Source of the DNA: Camelus dromedarius
Taxonomy: Eukaryota
NCBI RefSeq assembly: GCF_036321535.1
Contig: NC_087447.1
Span: 41,790,001-41,854,000 of the forward strand
Reading direction: 5' to 3'
DNA: 64,000 bases
Position 1 is the first letter of the stretch. Every line of letters begins with the position of its first letter. This document shows, piece after piece, positions 28,501-40,575 of the stretch. The notes beneath the pieces are model-generated. The model was not told the DNA's origin, searched no databases, and saw only the letters and a list, made by a program, of their open reading frames with translations. The translations under genes were made by a program, and so were the position numbers.

Positions 28501-29357
28501 TTGACGTTGGTCTTAGAAATATGTTTTTTGGTTCTGTCTCCTCAGGTAAGGGAAACAAAAGCAAAAATAAACAAATGGAACAATATGAAACTAAAAGCTT
28601 CTGCACAGCAAAGGAAACTATCAACAAAATGGAAAGGCTGCCTGCTGAGTGGGAAAAGACATTTCCACATGATATATCTGAAAAGGGGTTAGTATCCAAA
28701 ATATACAAAGGGCTCATACCACTCAACATGAAAAATCATTCTTAGTAAAAAATGGGCAGAAAACCTGAATAGACATTTTCCTCCAAATTCCAATGCTGAA
28801 CAGACACATGAAAAGATGCTTAACATCACTAATCATCAGGGTAATATAATTCAAAACCATAGTGAGATATCATCTCACACCTTTTAGGATGGCTGTTATC
28901 AAAAAGACAATAAGTAGTAAGTGTTGGTGAGGACAGGGACAAAAGTGAACTCTTGTGCACTGTTGGTGGGAATGTAAATTGGTTCAGTCACTATGGAAAA
29001 CAGTATGAAGATTCCTCAAAAAATAAAAACTAGGACTATCATATGATCCTGCAATCCCACTGATGGGTGTTTTTCCAAAGGAAACAAAAATACTAATTCA
29101 AAACAGTGTATGTACCCCTGTGTTCATTGCAGCATTATTTGCAATAGCTAAGATATGGAAGCAACCTAAGTCTTCATAGATAGGTGAATGGATAAAGAAG
29201 ATGTGATGTATGTGAAGAAATATTACTTATCCACAAGAAAAGTGAAATCTTGCCATTTGTGACAACATGGATAGACCTAGAAGGTATTACAGTAAGTGAA
29301 ATAAATCAGATAGAGAAAGATAAATATTGTATGATTTCGCTTTTATGTGGAATATAA
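25592..29357 (+). pseudogene. L1 ORF2 (endonuclease/reverse transcriptase) remnant
   Basis: EN motifs 'HGPFSRIGHTLGHK' and 'TWRLDNILLNN'; RT motifs 'HHDQVRFIPGMQRWF', 'TRQGCPLSPL', '[10 protein letters not shown]' (decayed FADD); many stops and frameshifts. Confidence 0.92.
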
Positions 29358-30159
29358 AAATCAAAACAAATGAACAAACAGAACAGAACATAAATAGCAT
29401 CATAGATACAGAGAACAAACATGTAGTTGCCAGTGGGGAGGGTGGTGGAGAGGTGTGTGAAATAGGTGAGGGAGATTAAGAGGTATGTACTTCTAGTTAC
29501 AAAATAAATGAGTCATATGAGTGAAATGTACAGCATGGAGATTATAGTAAATAATTACATAATATCTTTGTAAGATGACACATGGTAACTATACTGATCA
29601 TGGTGATCTTTTTTTAATGTATAGGAATAGCGAATCACTATGTTGTGCACCAGGAAGTAACAGTATTGTAGGTCAGTTATACTTTATAAAGCAAACAAAC
29701 TCATAGAAAGAGAGATCAGATTTGTGGTTAGCGGAGGTGGTGGTTCAGGGAGGGGTAACTGGATGAAAGTGGTCAAAAGGTATAGACTTCCAGTTATAAG
29801 TACAAGTGATATAATGTGTAAGATGAATAATAAACACTGTTGTATGTTATATATGTACATTGTTAAGAGAGTAAATCCTATGAGTTCTTGCCACAGGAAA
29901 AAAGTAGCAAAAACTTTTTTCCCCTTTTTTCTTTTATTTTGTATCTTTATGAGATGATGGATGGTCACTAAACTTTTTGTGGTAATTGTTCCAAGGTATA
30001 TGTAAGTCGGACCATTATACTGTACACCTTAAACTTATATTATGTGTCAGTTATATCTCAATAAACTGGAAAATAAGAAGAATGTATTTAATACCACTGA
30101 ATTACTTTTAAATTGGCTAAGATCCTAAATTTTATGCTTTTTAATTTACCACTATAAAA

Positions 30160-30748
30160 ATTGTAAAGAATACATAGCATAAAACTTACTGTCCTAACCA
30201 TTTTAAAATGTACTGTTCAGTGGCATTAAGTATAATCACATTGTGGTTAAAAAATCACCGCTATCCATTTCCTGAATTTTTTTTTAATCTCAAAATGAAA
30301 CTGTGTACTCATTACTAACAGGTCTCTGTTCCCCTTTCCTGTCCTTCTCTGGTAACCTGTTTTCTCCTTTCTGTCTCTGTGAATTTGCCTATTTTAGGCA
30401 TCTCATATGTATGGAATCATATAATATTTGTTATTTTATGTCTTGCTTATTTTATTTAATATAATTATTTTAAGGTTTATCTAGAGTATAGCAAGTATCA
30501 GAATTTAACTCCTTATTTTAAAGATAAATACTACCCCATTTTATTTGTATATTACATTTTGCTTATCCATTCATCCATCAGTGGATGTTTGGGTTATTTT
30601 TACTTTTTGGCTATTGTGAATAATGCTGCAATGAGTATCTGTGTGCACATATCTTTTTTAAGTTCTTGCTGTCAGTTTTTTGGGGAAATATATTCAGAGA
30701 TGGGATTGCTGGATCATATGAAAATTTTATGCTTAATTTTTTGAGGAG
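30160..30748 (-). mobile_element. L1MB-like 3' end, antisense
   Basis: 'aaccattttaaaatgtactgttcagtggcattaagta...atccattcatccatcagtggatgtttggg...gggattgctggatcatatg'. Confidence 0.85.
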
Positions 30749-31289
30749 GTCTATTTACTGAATATTTTATTTGAACCTTTTCAGTATTGTGTACATCTAT
30801 TCTTACTTTTTCATCCTGCATGTTTTATGTATTCTAGCTAAATCAGATTACATCCCCCATTTTTTTCCAGTCCTTTTCTTTAGTCATGTACATTGTTCTG
30901 TTTGCCTTCACATCACTTTTTGATCTATCAATACCCTGTCCATCTTGTCAAGATCCTAATATGCTTCTTTGATAAAAATCCTGGAGTTAAGAAGTGATAG
31001 TTAATTAGAAAACCAAAAATATAATTGAAAATAAAACTCAAAACAAAAGATATGCAAAATAGGCCAAATCCCCCAAAAATCTAAGAAAGAAAATAATAAT
31101 ATATTGTCTCTGGACTGAGAAAACCAAAAATCTGCAGATTTAGAGGACATTAACAATAAAGAGTAAAATATTCTGTGCAGTTTAAACATACATAGTTTTA
31201 AATTCTAAATGAGGCAAAATTTTTTAAACAAAATATATACTATCAGAACAAAACTCAAGAAGAAGAAGAAAACCTGAACAGATTGATAA

Positions 31290-31835
31290 CAGTGGATGTA
31301 GTGAAAAACACTGGTACTATCTAAGTCATTCAAGTCATCAGCGTTGATGTTGTCAGTCATGTTGATGGACTGTACCACTTGATAATGATGCAACAAGAAA
31401 GACCTTTACTTCTGTGACATTCTTCCTCAAACTCATAATGGCTGTATAGGCATGAGGACACCTTAGACAAACCCAAACTGCAGGACACTACCAAATTTCT
31501 GACCAGTGCTTTTAAAAACTGTCATGATATAGGGGAAAAAAAAGAAAGAAAAGCAAAGATTGCTTATCTATTATGGATCATAGGAGACTAAGGGGTCATG
31601 ACAGTAAGTACATTTGGTATCCTGAAACAGAAAAGGGACCATAGTGGGGAAAGTGGGAATCTGCATAGAGTCTGTAGCTTAGTTAATCATATTTCACTGA
31701 TGATAATTTCTTAGTTCGGACAAATGTACCATGGCTATATAAGATGTTAACATTAGAGGAAACTGGTAAAGAATAGACAAGAATTCTATTGTATTTACAA
31801 CTTTTCTGTAAGTCTAAAATTATTCTAAGATGAAA
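31290..31835 (+). mobile_element. L1MC-like 3'UTR
   Basis: 'acttctgtgacattcttcctcaaa...agacaaacccaaactg...ataagatgttaacattagaggaaactgg...acttttctgtaagtctaaaattattc'. Confidence 0.75.
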
Positions 31836-31839
31836 CCTG

Positions 31840-32002
31840 TTTTCAACATTTTGAAATTGAGTTATAGTCATTTTACAATGTTGTGTCAAATTCCAGTGTA
31901 GAGCACAATTTTTCAGTTATACATGAACATACATATATTCATTGTCGCATTTTTTTCGCTGTGAGCTACCACAAGATCTTGTATATATTTCCCTGTGCTA
32001 TA
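31840..32002 (-). mobile_element. 5'-truncated young L1 3' end
   Basis: Reverse complement closely matches about 46433-46585; TSD ctaagatgaaa at 31825-31835 and 32003-32013. Confidence 0.9.
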
Positions 32003-32379
32003 CTAAGATGAAAACTTCTAATAAAAGTTTTTATAAAGTTTTAAGAAAAGAGTTGTTAGAGATTTGTCATAGGAAAGGGCAGCATGCCCATTTATTGACC
32101 TACTACTCTTTCTAGTGTAGCTCGTTAACAGGCAACTGATAATTCTTAAATTGTTAGGACAGTTCCAGAACGTTGAAAATACAGAAAGCATTGCACTGAA
32201 TTATATGAAAGCAGCATCACTGTAAGCAGCAATACAGAAAACCTAATGAAGATAGCAAAAAAAGAACAAGTAGAGGTGCAAAAAGGCTAAACAAAGTATT
32301 GGATAATTGTGGAGTTTTATAAAACTACTCAGATAGCAGGGATAATCTTTAGTTTTTCCTAATGATATTGAGAGGAAGG

Positions 32380-33302
32380 CTTTCCCATCTTGCAAAATGG
32401 CAGGTGAAAGAAAAAACTGAGAATCCAGACACTAAGGAGAAAAAAATCTGAAGGCAAGAAGGTTGATGCTGCTGGCTGCAAGGTTAAAAAGGGGAAGAAG
32501 GTTAAGAAGGGGATGCCCCACTGCAGTTGAAACCCTGTCCTAGTCAGAGGAATTGGCCGATATTCTTGATCGGCTGTGTATTCCAGAAAGGCCTTGTACG
32601 GGAGGAAGTATTCAGCAGCTAAATCCAAGATTGAAAAGAAAAAAAAGGTGAGGATTCTTGCTACTGTCATAAAACCAGTTGGTGGTGACAAGAATGGTGG
32701 CACCTGTGTGGTTAAACTTAGCAAAATCTAGATCTCCTACTGAAGATGTACCTCGAAAGCCGTTGAGCCATGGCAAGAAACCGTCCAGTAAGCATGTGAG
32801 GAAACTGTGTGCCAGCATCACTCCCAGGACCATTCTCATCATCCTCACTGGTTGCCACAGAGGCAAGAGGGTCATTTTCCTGAAGCAGCTGAGGAGGGGT
32901 TTGCTTCTTGTGACTGGACCTCTGTCCCTCAGTTGAATTCCTCTCTGTAGAACACACTAGAAATTTGTTATTGCCACCTCAACCAAAATTGACATTAGTG
33001 GTATGAAAAATCCCAGAACATCTCACTGATGCTTACTTCAAAAAGAAGCTGCGTAAGCCCAGACACTAGGAAGGTGAGATCTTTAACACAGAGAAAGAGA
33101 AATACAAGATTACAGAGCAGCATGAGGTTGATCAGAAAGCTGTGGACTCAAATTCTGTGAAGGATCAAAGCTGTTCCTCAGCTCCAGGGCTACTTCCGCT
33201 CTGTGTTTGTTCTCACAGATGGAGTTTATCCTCACAAATTGGTGTTCTAAACTTACTATAGAGAACCTAATTAAAGAACTGATTCATTTAAAAAACAAAA
33301 AA
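32380..33302 (+). pseudogene. RPL6: Processed pseudogene of 60S ribosomal protein L6 (eL6)
   Basis: Leader ctttcccatcttgcaaa, ATG at 32397 (MAGE...); '[52 protein letters not shown]', C-terminal 'GVYPHKLVF' and stop 33248-33250; intronless; in-frame stops (32528, 32567) and frameshifts; ATTAAA 33270-33275; A tail; TSD agaggaag 32371-32378 and 33303-33310. Confidence 0.97.
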
Positions 33303-33734
33303 AGAGGAAGAAAGCAGAACAAGTATTAGTAGTATGTTATACCGAAAGTATCTGTCATAAATAAACCATTAAGAGAGGAAGAATGAATATTTTTATTCAA
33401 ACTGTGTTTGTTAGCTGGGCCTCATGTCTCAATGCTTACTCCCATTTCTCTTCCATTTCTTTTCCTCAGTACTCTTCCTTTCTGCCTTTCTCTTTCAAAG
33501 CAGAGCATTCTTAGGTTCAGTTTTGTAGTATCTTGTGATACTCTAATCCCAATGCATGCTTTGCTTTCAGTAGGGTAAACAAGGGGAGGGTTTCCTCCAG
33601 TTGCGTCAGGTGGTTGGTATGGTGTGACTAGGCAGGGAGTGGTAAAGCCAAAGTAATGAGCTACTTATGCGGTGACTCATAAAAGAATCAAAATTGGGTA
33701 GCTGTTGGCAGAAAGCAGAAGAAAGGTGTAGACA

Positions 33735-33736
<2 letters not shown>

Positions 33737-33769
<33 letters not shown>
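33737..33769. repeat. (GT)n microsatellite
   Basis: Uninterrupted GT run. Confidence 0.95.
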
Positions 33770-33773
<4 letters not shown>

Positions 33774-34859
33774 CTGCAGCTGCAAAGGTATGTATCTTGT
33801 GAGTTTTGCACCTTTCTAAAATTGCATACTTACATAATTTAATCTTTGATGAGTAAGGCTACTCAATATGAGTATCAGTGCTCATAATATGCTGTAATAA
33901 GTGATGCTTGCAAGTAATATGCAATGTGCAGGTAGGAGGGCCAACCTAGATGACTGTGCTTTATTCAGACTTACATGTCTCCATCTTCAACCCCAATGTA
34001 GATGCATTTGTTATAGATTGGAAAGTCATTTCATTAAATTTGCTAAAATTGTGTGTAGACTGATAGTATTCAGTAACTCAGTGAGAGCCAAAGGGTTCTC
34101 CTACAAGGAAAATCAAATGCCTTTTAACAAAGATTTTTTGGTGTGTAGTTTTACTCCTTGTTTGCTCATTGGGCCTGTTTTTAGAGTTTTGGTTGTATTG
34201 TGCATAATTGAAGGTATTGAAGAAGTGAGGTTGGAAAATTCTGATGATTTAAGTATGAAGGAGATTTTCAGGACCAGCTTTGAGTTCTTGCTCTAAACTC
34301 TAAAGTACATAAGAGATATATAGTTTATTCTATAGATCTCCAAGTAAATACTTGGTGGGTACCAAAGTATATTCTTATATCCATGTTGGTTGTTTTATTT
34401 CTAAAGTGGTTAGCCTTAGGTGAAATAAGTGACCAACTACTAGTTAGTCATCTTGAAAATTGGCTTGAGAGTACCAGCGCTCGAGTACCTCTGCCTTACA
34501 GTTGTGGCTTAAAGCTTCTCCTTACCAAATGTGGGAAAAATATCTTTCCTTATATAAAGGATGTTAAAGCTTTGTATGTAAATGTCCCTAGGAGAAATCA
34601 GAAACATTCCCAAATTCACATTAAATCCTTTCTTAAGAACAGAATTGAATTGAAAGAGAGTATTCTATAGAAAAAGGAGAGACTGGCAGTGTTCAAGGGA
34701 AGAAACAGGCTAAGTGGGGTGGAAGAAGCAAACCACTGTTACCTGAAGGTTTTGACTGTTATCTAAATGTATTTCAGTTATGTCTCTGTGCTTGATTATT
34801 TTCTCTTTTGCATGTCAATTCCATATCTCTGACTGGAGATAATTCCTTCAGTGTTGTCA

Positions 34860-35400
34860 ACCATCAGTAATTGGGAAGTGTAAATCACAACCACAGTGAT
34901 TTTGATCACACCCATTAGGATGACTACTTTCCAGAATCCTGAAAATAGCAAGTGTTAGCAAGGATGTGGAGAATTTGGAACTTTTGTCCTGTAAAATGGT
35001 GTAGTTGTTGTGGAAAACTATATGGTAGTTCCTCAAAAAATTAAAACTAGAATTGCCATATGATCTAGCAATTCCACTTCTGGATATATACCCCAAAGAA
35101 TTGAAAGTAGAGTCTCAAAGAGATATTTGTACGCCTATATTCATAGCAGCAATATTCAGAATAGCTAAAATGTATAAGCTACTCAAATGTTTATTGACTG
35201 ATGAATGGATAAAGAAAATGTGGTATATACATACAATGGAATATTGGCATTAGAAAAGAAAGAAATCCTGTCACATGGTACAACATGGATGAACCTTGAG
35301 GTTCATTGTATGCTTGCACTTATATAAGGTCTCTAAATTGGTCAAACTTTTAGAAACAGTAAGTAGAAAGGTGTTTGGCAGGAGCTGGGGAGGGAGGAAG
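34860..35400 (+). mobile_element. L1 ORF2 C-terminus and 3'UTR fragment (L1MA/MB-like)
   Basis: ORF 35053 'PYDLAIPLLDIYPKE...TDEWIKKMWYIHTMEY' matches the ORF2p C-terminus. Confidence 0.9.
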
Positions 35401-38237
35401 GGGAAAACCTAAACTTCTGCTTATTTGAAAGATTAAGTGCAGTTCAACAAGAGTAGTTAGTGCTTGTTGTTTTATTTCAAAATTTTTATCTGTACATATA
35501 TCCATATTCTCACTTTCTGGATTTTTCAAAATGAAATTTGTCTCTAGTTTCTTGTTGATACTAGTATTTACACATGAAAATCATAGATGGTGAATAGATT
35601 TGCTCAAAGGCAAGGGGGAAGGGGAGTACTGAGACGATTTTTGTTATTATGGGGTTTTAGAAAATATGGTACAAATCAGAGCCTCAGGCAAAAGTGGCAG
35701 ACTTATTCAGTAGAATATATTAATATTAAATAATAGTACAACTACCATTTTAATTTTCTGAGTCTGGAATTTCTGCCTTAAATATATGAAAATATAAAAT
35801 TATTTCTTTGAAAACAGTTTTCAGCCCTGAGCATTGCAAAGTATCTACTGGCAGGATATTAACTTGGAAGAGCAGACCGTTCTTTTTTTAGCAGCCTTTT
35901 TCCTGCAGATGTGACTCTAACGGAGGAAGGATTTTTTTTTTGTTTTTTGTTTTGGTGCTCCCAGCAGGTAATCAGCAGTAGAAGTAAAGATAATTGTCAT
36001 TTGTTGAATGAACCTTGGTCAGTTTAGATACAGAATGTGTATAGCTGTTTAAGTGTGATTTCTAGTATTCTTATAAAATTATTTTATAACAGTTTTAAGT
36101 TTTAGAAATAAATTTTCACTACTTTAATCATTATCTCTGATTTTGGGTGGAAGTTGTTTTAGGCTAAATTAAGTATTTGAAATTTTATTTAAAATTTTGT
36201 ATTAAAGATTATTATCTTACTGAATAGAAATTTGACCCAGACTTACCTACATATGTGTGTATGCCTCTAACTCTTGTCCTGATACTTGACTTTTTGCATT
36301 TTTCCTTTGTTGTACTTCAGTCCCTGTTGTAATCTGGAATGCAAAAAGGACTTCCAGGAAGGACATAGTATTACTCTAAAAATGTACAAATAGGAATAGA
36401 GTCATCAGTCAGTGACTAAGGATAGCTGAATTCAATTTCGCTGATGTTTAAATTGTATAATGTCCTGTCTTTCAGTGAGACCAACATTTGGCATTCAATA
36501 TCTGGGATTGTGGGTGAGGTGAAAGGAAAGGTGAATTCTAATAATGAATCAAGGCAGGAACTGAAGGAGGCTTTGTTTGTTTCTTTAACTTGTTTTGTAA
36601 TAAGATCAGTTGTTTCAGTGAATAACCAGGTTGTAGTGACATGAGGAACTGCACGTTGCTTGTGGGATGTAGAACGGCATAGAAACAGCCAAAATTCTTT
36701 TCATTTATCATGAATTCCAGAAAGAGAACTTTTGACCAGAAGTATCACATTCCTTTTTTTTTTTTTTTAACTAAACACTGCTCTTTCCTTAGGGAATACA
36801 GCATTCCAACTTTACGTGAAATCCCAAATGGAATCATATTGCATGACTGAAATCAGGAAAAAAAAATGTGTAAATAGCACCCAAGAGAGACTCTTAAGCT
36901 GCTTTAACCAAGGTTAAATACAACTTCGTGTCTCTCTAAGGAAGTGCATAACTAATTCTCTCTCTCCCCTCCCCTTGCAGTAACCACACCTAATTTGTAT
37001 TGGAACTATAATTCAGTGTTCATAAACTTTCAGTCTAATTGAGAAAGAGGAATGTCAGTGGGTTTGCATGTAAGTAATAGAAGTATATAGTGGCTCTGTT
37101 TCTAATTTTATTTTTTATATTAAGGTAAAAAGCGAAATAGGACCTGGGTTTGATATATACCTTTTGTTTTGCTCCTTAACTCAGGTGTCAATACTATGTT
37201 GAAGGGAAAGGTCTCTAAAAAGGGTTTTTGTCTAGGTTGAACTATTTGTATTTAGCTCTTTGATCTGGGCATTTCATTTAATTTCTCTGAGATTTAGTTT
37301 ACTATCTTTTAAGGAGATAGGAAAAAATTCCTGTTCTTTCTAATAGAATTTCTCTCCTCTAGTGGATAAGAGAAAGGATGGATGATGGGTTTATATTTCC
37401 AAAGCTCTTAAGATCTAAGTTAGGAAAAAGCAATAGTTAAGAAACAAATAAATAGGTAAGTGTCATAGATAATTTAAGAGTGTCTCTAACTACAGCAGGA
37501 ACTGAAAATTAAGTAAATTAAGACTTGAGTTGCATTTGAGGGTAGGACAGGGTTTTATTTGTTTAGAAGAAGATAATGGGGGGAAGTGAACAAATCAAGG
37601 CAGGGTTGTAGGAAAGATGGGAACTTCCTTTAAGAGACTGACATGACTGAAGCAGAGACTCAGGGAGGCAGAAGTGAGGGGAAAATGGAAATGAAAATTG
37701 CATAAATTTATGAAGCCAGTTAATGGATGGCCTTGAAAATTGTGTAGAGGTGTGTCTTTGAATTAGGAGGCAATAAGAAGCTATTATAGATTCTCGAGCC
37801 GGAGAATAACATGACAAAAGAAGAGTTTTAGAAAATTGATCTGTCAGTGCTTCATTGGAATGTTAGGAAAAGAATACCTGAATTTTCCCTGATGTATAAA
37901 TTCTGTCCTGGCTTTGGAATTCAGCAATCAGTTCTTAAAGATTTCACATTTTCCCACTGTACTTAATTATCTTACCTGGTATGTGGTATTCAACTTTATA
38001 TGTATATTCTTACTGTCTGTTTCAGAGCAGCATCACAGTATAATCTTTTAAAAAAATCTGTCAGATACCTAGGGATTCAGTTCGAATTAAAATTCAGTCA
38101 CATTTGGTGCCACAAATTCAGATATCTCAACCAAAATAATACTCAGATGAACAGGTAAATATTTAAATGCACATTTGTGTTTATAGTAGTGTCATAACTT
38201 ACTTCTCTGCATAGTCACCGGCAGGCTTCTCTGGATG

Positions 38238-38312
38238 TTAATTGGAAGATCTATCGTGATTATAGAAACATTGAAGTGCTAAAAGATATGTCTTAGAATT
38301 GAGATTACATGA
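38238..38312. mobile_element. Possible Tc2/Kanga-type DNA transposon terminus
   Basis: 'aattggaagatctatcgtgattatagaaacattgaagtgctaaaagatatgtcttagaattgag' loosely resembles a remembered Kanga terminal sequence. Confidence 0.35.
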
Positions 38313-38581
38313 TGTTTTCATAATGCTTATAGCAGTGTTGTGTGTCTGGTAGATTTGGAGTCTCAGTTAGTATTTTATACTAATGACTGATGCACTAAAA
38401 TAGGTGGGGAGTGTTGTAGGACTTTAATATCCAGAATTGGCAGGAAACAAAAAAGAATTACAGTAATAGATGATCAGCTGTGTACTACTAAAGAATAGTA
38501 AGTGAGAGTATAGTGTTTATTTCTGTGTGTGCACATGAACCAACAGCTTTGGACCTCAATTTTATGTCTAAAATGAGGGGT

Positions 38582-38684
38582 GGGGGGAGGGAAATAGCTC
38601 AGTGGTAGAGTGGATGCTTAGCTTGCATGAAGTCTAGGTTCAATCCCCAGTACCTCCATTAAAAAAATAAAACAAATCAAAAAA
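38582..38684 (+). mobile_element. tRNA-Ala-derived SINE (Vic-1-like, short form)
   Basis: ggggaggg, A box tagctcagtgg, 'tgcttagc', B box ggttcaatcc, 'ccagtacctcca', then A-rich tail; homologous to the copies at 54161 and 55566 but lacks their 3' module. Confidence 0.9.
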
Positions 38685-40495
38685 CACTAAAAATTGGGAA
38701 GACAAGGATATTCACTCTCACCATTTCTATTCAACATAGTATTGGAAGTCCTAGCCATAGCAATAAGACAAGAAAAAGAAATAAAACGGATCCAGATTGG
38801 AAGAGAAAAGGTAAAATTGTCACTATATGCAGATAACATGATACTATATATAGAAAACTCTAAAGACTCCACACAAAAACTACTAGAGCTGATAAACAAA
38901 TTGAGCAGGGTAGCAGGATATAAGATTAACATACAGAATTCCTTTGCATTTCTTTACACTAACAATGAAATATCAGAAAAGGAAAGTTAAAAACAACAAC
39001 AAAAACAGTCCCTTTTAAAAAGTGCATCAAAAAAAAAAAAAAAAAAAACCAACAACTTAGGAGTAAACGAGACCAAGGTGAAAGACTTATACATGGAGAA
39101 CTATAAAACATTGATTAAGGAAATTAAAGATGATTTAAAGAAATGGAAAGATATTCCATGCCCTTTGATTAGAAGAATTAATATTGCTAAAATGGCCATA
39201 CTGCCCAAAGCAATCTATAGGTTTTTGTGATCTCTGTCAGATTACCCAGGACATTTTCACAGAACTAGAACAAATAATCCTAAAAGTTATGTGGAATCAC
39301 CAAAGACCCAGGATTGCAAAAGTAGAAAGAAGAAAAAGATTGAAGCCAGAGGAATAACCCCCCCCCCCCCGACTTCACAGAGTACTACAGAGCTACAGTA
39401 ATCAAAACAGCATAGTATTGGCACAAAAACAGACATATGGATCAATGGAACAGAATTTGAGAGCTCAGAAATGGCTTAAAGACTTAAACAAGACCAAAAA
39501 ACAAACAAACAACAACAACAACAACAAAAACCCAATCCAAAAATGGGCAGAACTAAAGAAACATTTCTCCAGTGAAGACATACAAATGACAAGTAGACAC
39601 ATGAAAAAATGCTAATATCGCTAATTATCAGAGAAATGCAATCAAAACTACAATGAGGTATCATCTCACACCAGTCAGAATGGCCATCATTAATAAGTCT
39701 ACAAAAGATAAATACTGGAGATGGTGTGGAGAAAAGGGAACCCTCCTACACTGTTGGTGGGAATGTAGTTTGGTGCAACCATTATGGGAAACAGTATGGA
39801 GATTCCTTAAAAAACTAAAAATAGACTTACCCTATGATCCAGCAACCCCACTCCTGGGCATATATCCGGAGGGGAAACTCTAATTTAAAAAGGTACATAT
39901 ACTCCAGTGTTCAGAGCACTATTTACAATAGCCAAGATATGGAAGCAACATAAAAGTCCATTCACAAATGACTGGGTAAAGAAGTTGTGATGGAATACTA
40001 CTCAGCCACAAGAAAGAATAAAATAACTCTATTTGCAGCAACATGGATGAACCTGGAGAATGTCATTCTAAGTGAAGTAAGCCAGAAAGAGAAAGAAAAA
40101 TACTGTATGACATTACTTATATGGGAAATCTAACAAAGTAACACAAATGAACTTACTTACAAAACAGAAACAGACTCACAGACATGAAAACAAATTGTGG
40201 TTACCGGAGGGGAAAGGGGAATGTGGAGAGATAAACTGGGAGTTTGGGATTTGCAGATACTAACTACTATATATAAGCTAGATTAACAGTAAGATCTTAC
40301 TATATAACATAGGGAACTATACTGAATACCTTGTAATGGCCTATGATGAAAAAGAATATGAAAAGGAAATCTATCTATCTACCTACCTACCTACCTACCT
40401 ACCTACACACACATATATATGTAACTGAATCACTATGCTATACACCAGAAATTAACACAGTGTTGTAAACCAACTATACTTCAGTAAAAATAAAT
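38685..40495 (+). mobile_element. 5'-truncated L1 with two internal ORF2 deletions
   Basis: ORF 38694 '[19 protein letters not shown]...[12 protein letters not shown]' (RT), ORF 39653 '[13 protein letters not shown]...[14 protein letters not shown]', 3'UTR and A-rich tail. Confidence 0.93.
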
Positions 40496-40499
40496 AAAA

Positions 40500-40575
40500 T
40501 GAGGGTAGTAAATCCTGGCCTATCATCTTCCCAAAGTGGTTGTAAGGAACAAAGGAAAGATACTGTGTTTTAAAT
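40500..40575 (+). mobile_element. MIR core, right half (left half at about 38545-38580)
   Basis: 'ggacctcaattttatgtctaaaatgaggg' joined to 'tagtaaatcctggcctatc...aagtggttgtaaggaacaaaggaaaga' reconstitutes a MIR-core-like sequence. Confidence 0.6.

Larger units (their letters stand above)
23075..30072 (+). mobile_element. Near full-length decayed LINE-1 (about 7 kb)
   Basis: C-rich 5'UTR (about 23075-24148), ORF1 relic, spacer, ORF2 relic and long 3'UTR ending 'tatatctcaataaaactgg'; many ORF-track peptides are L1-like. Confidence 0.95.

Noticed and set aside
32679..32936. 85-aa ORF with clear RPL6 similarity as a functional CDS
   Set aside because: Fragment of an intronless copy with frameshifts and premature stops on both sides.
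33901..34670. 131-aa and 95-aa ORFs in unique sequence
   Set aside because: No recognisable domain, no supporting exon structure, composition typical of chance ORFs.
38582..38658. tRNA-Ala-like sequence as a real tRNA gene (also 54161-54305 and 55566-55709)
   Set aside because: Substitutions disrupt the stems; A-rich tails and TSDs mark them as SINE retrocopies.
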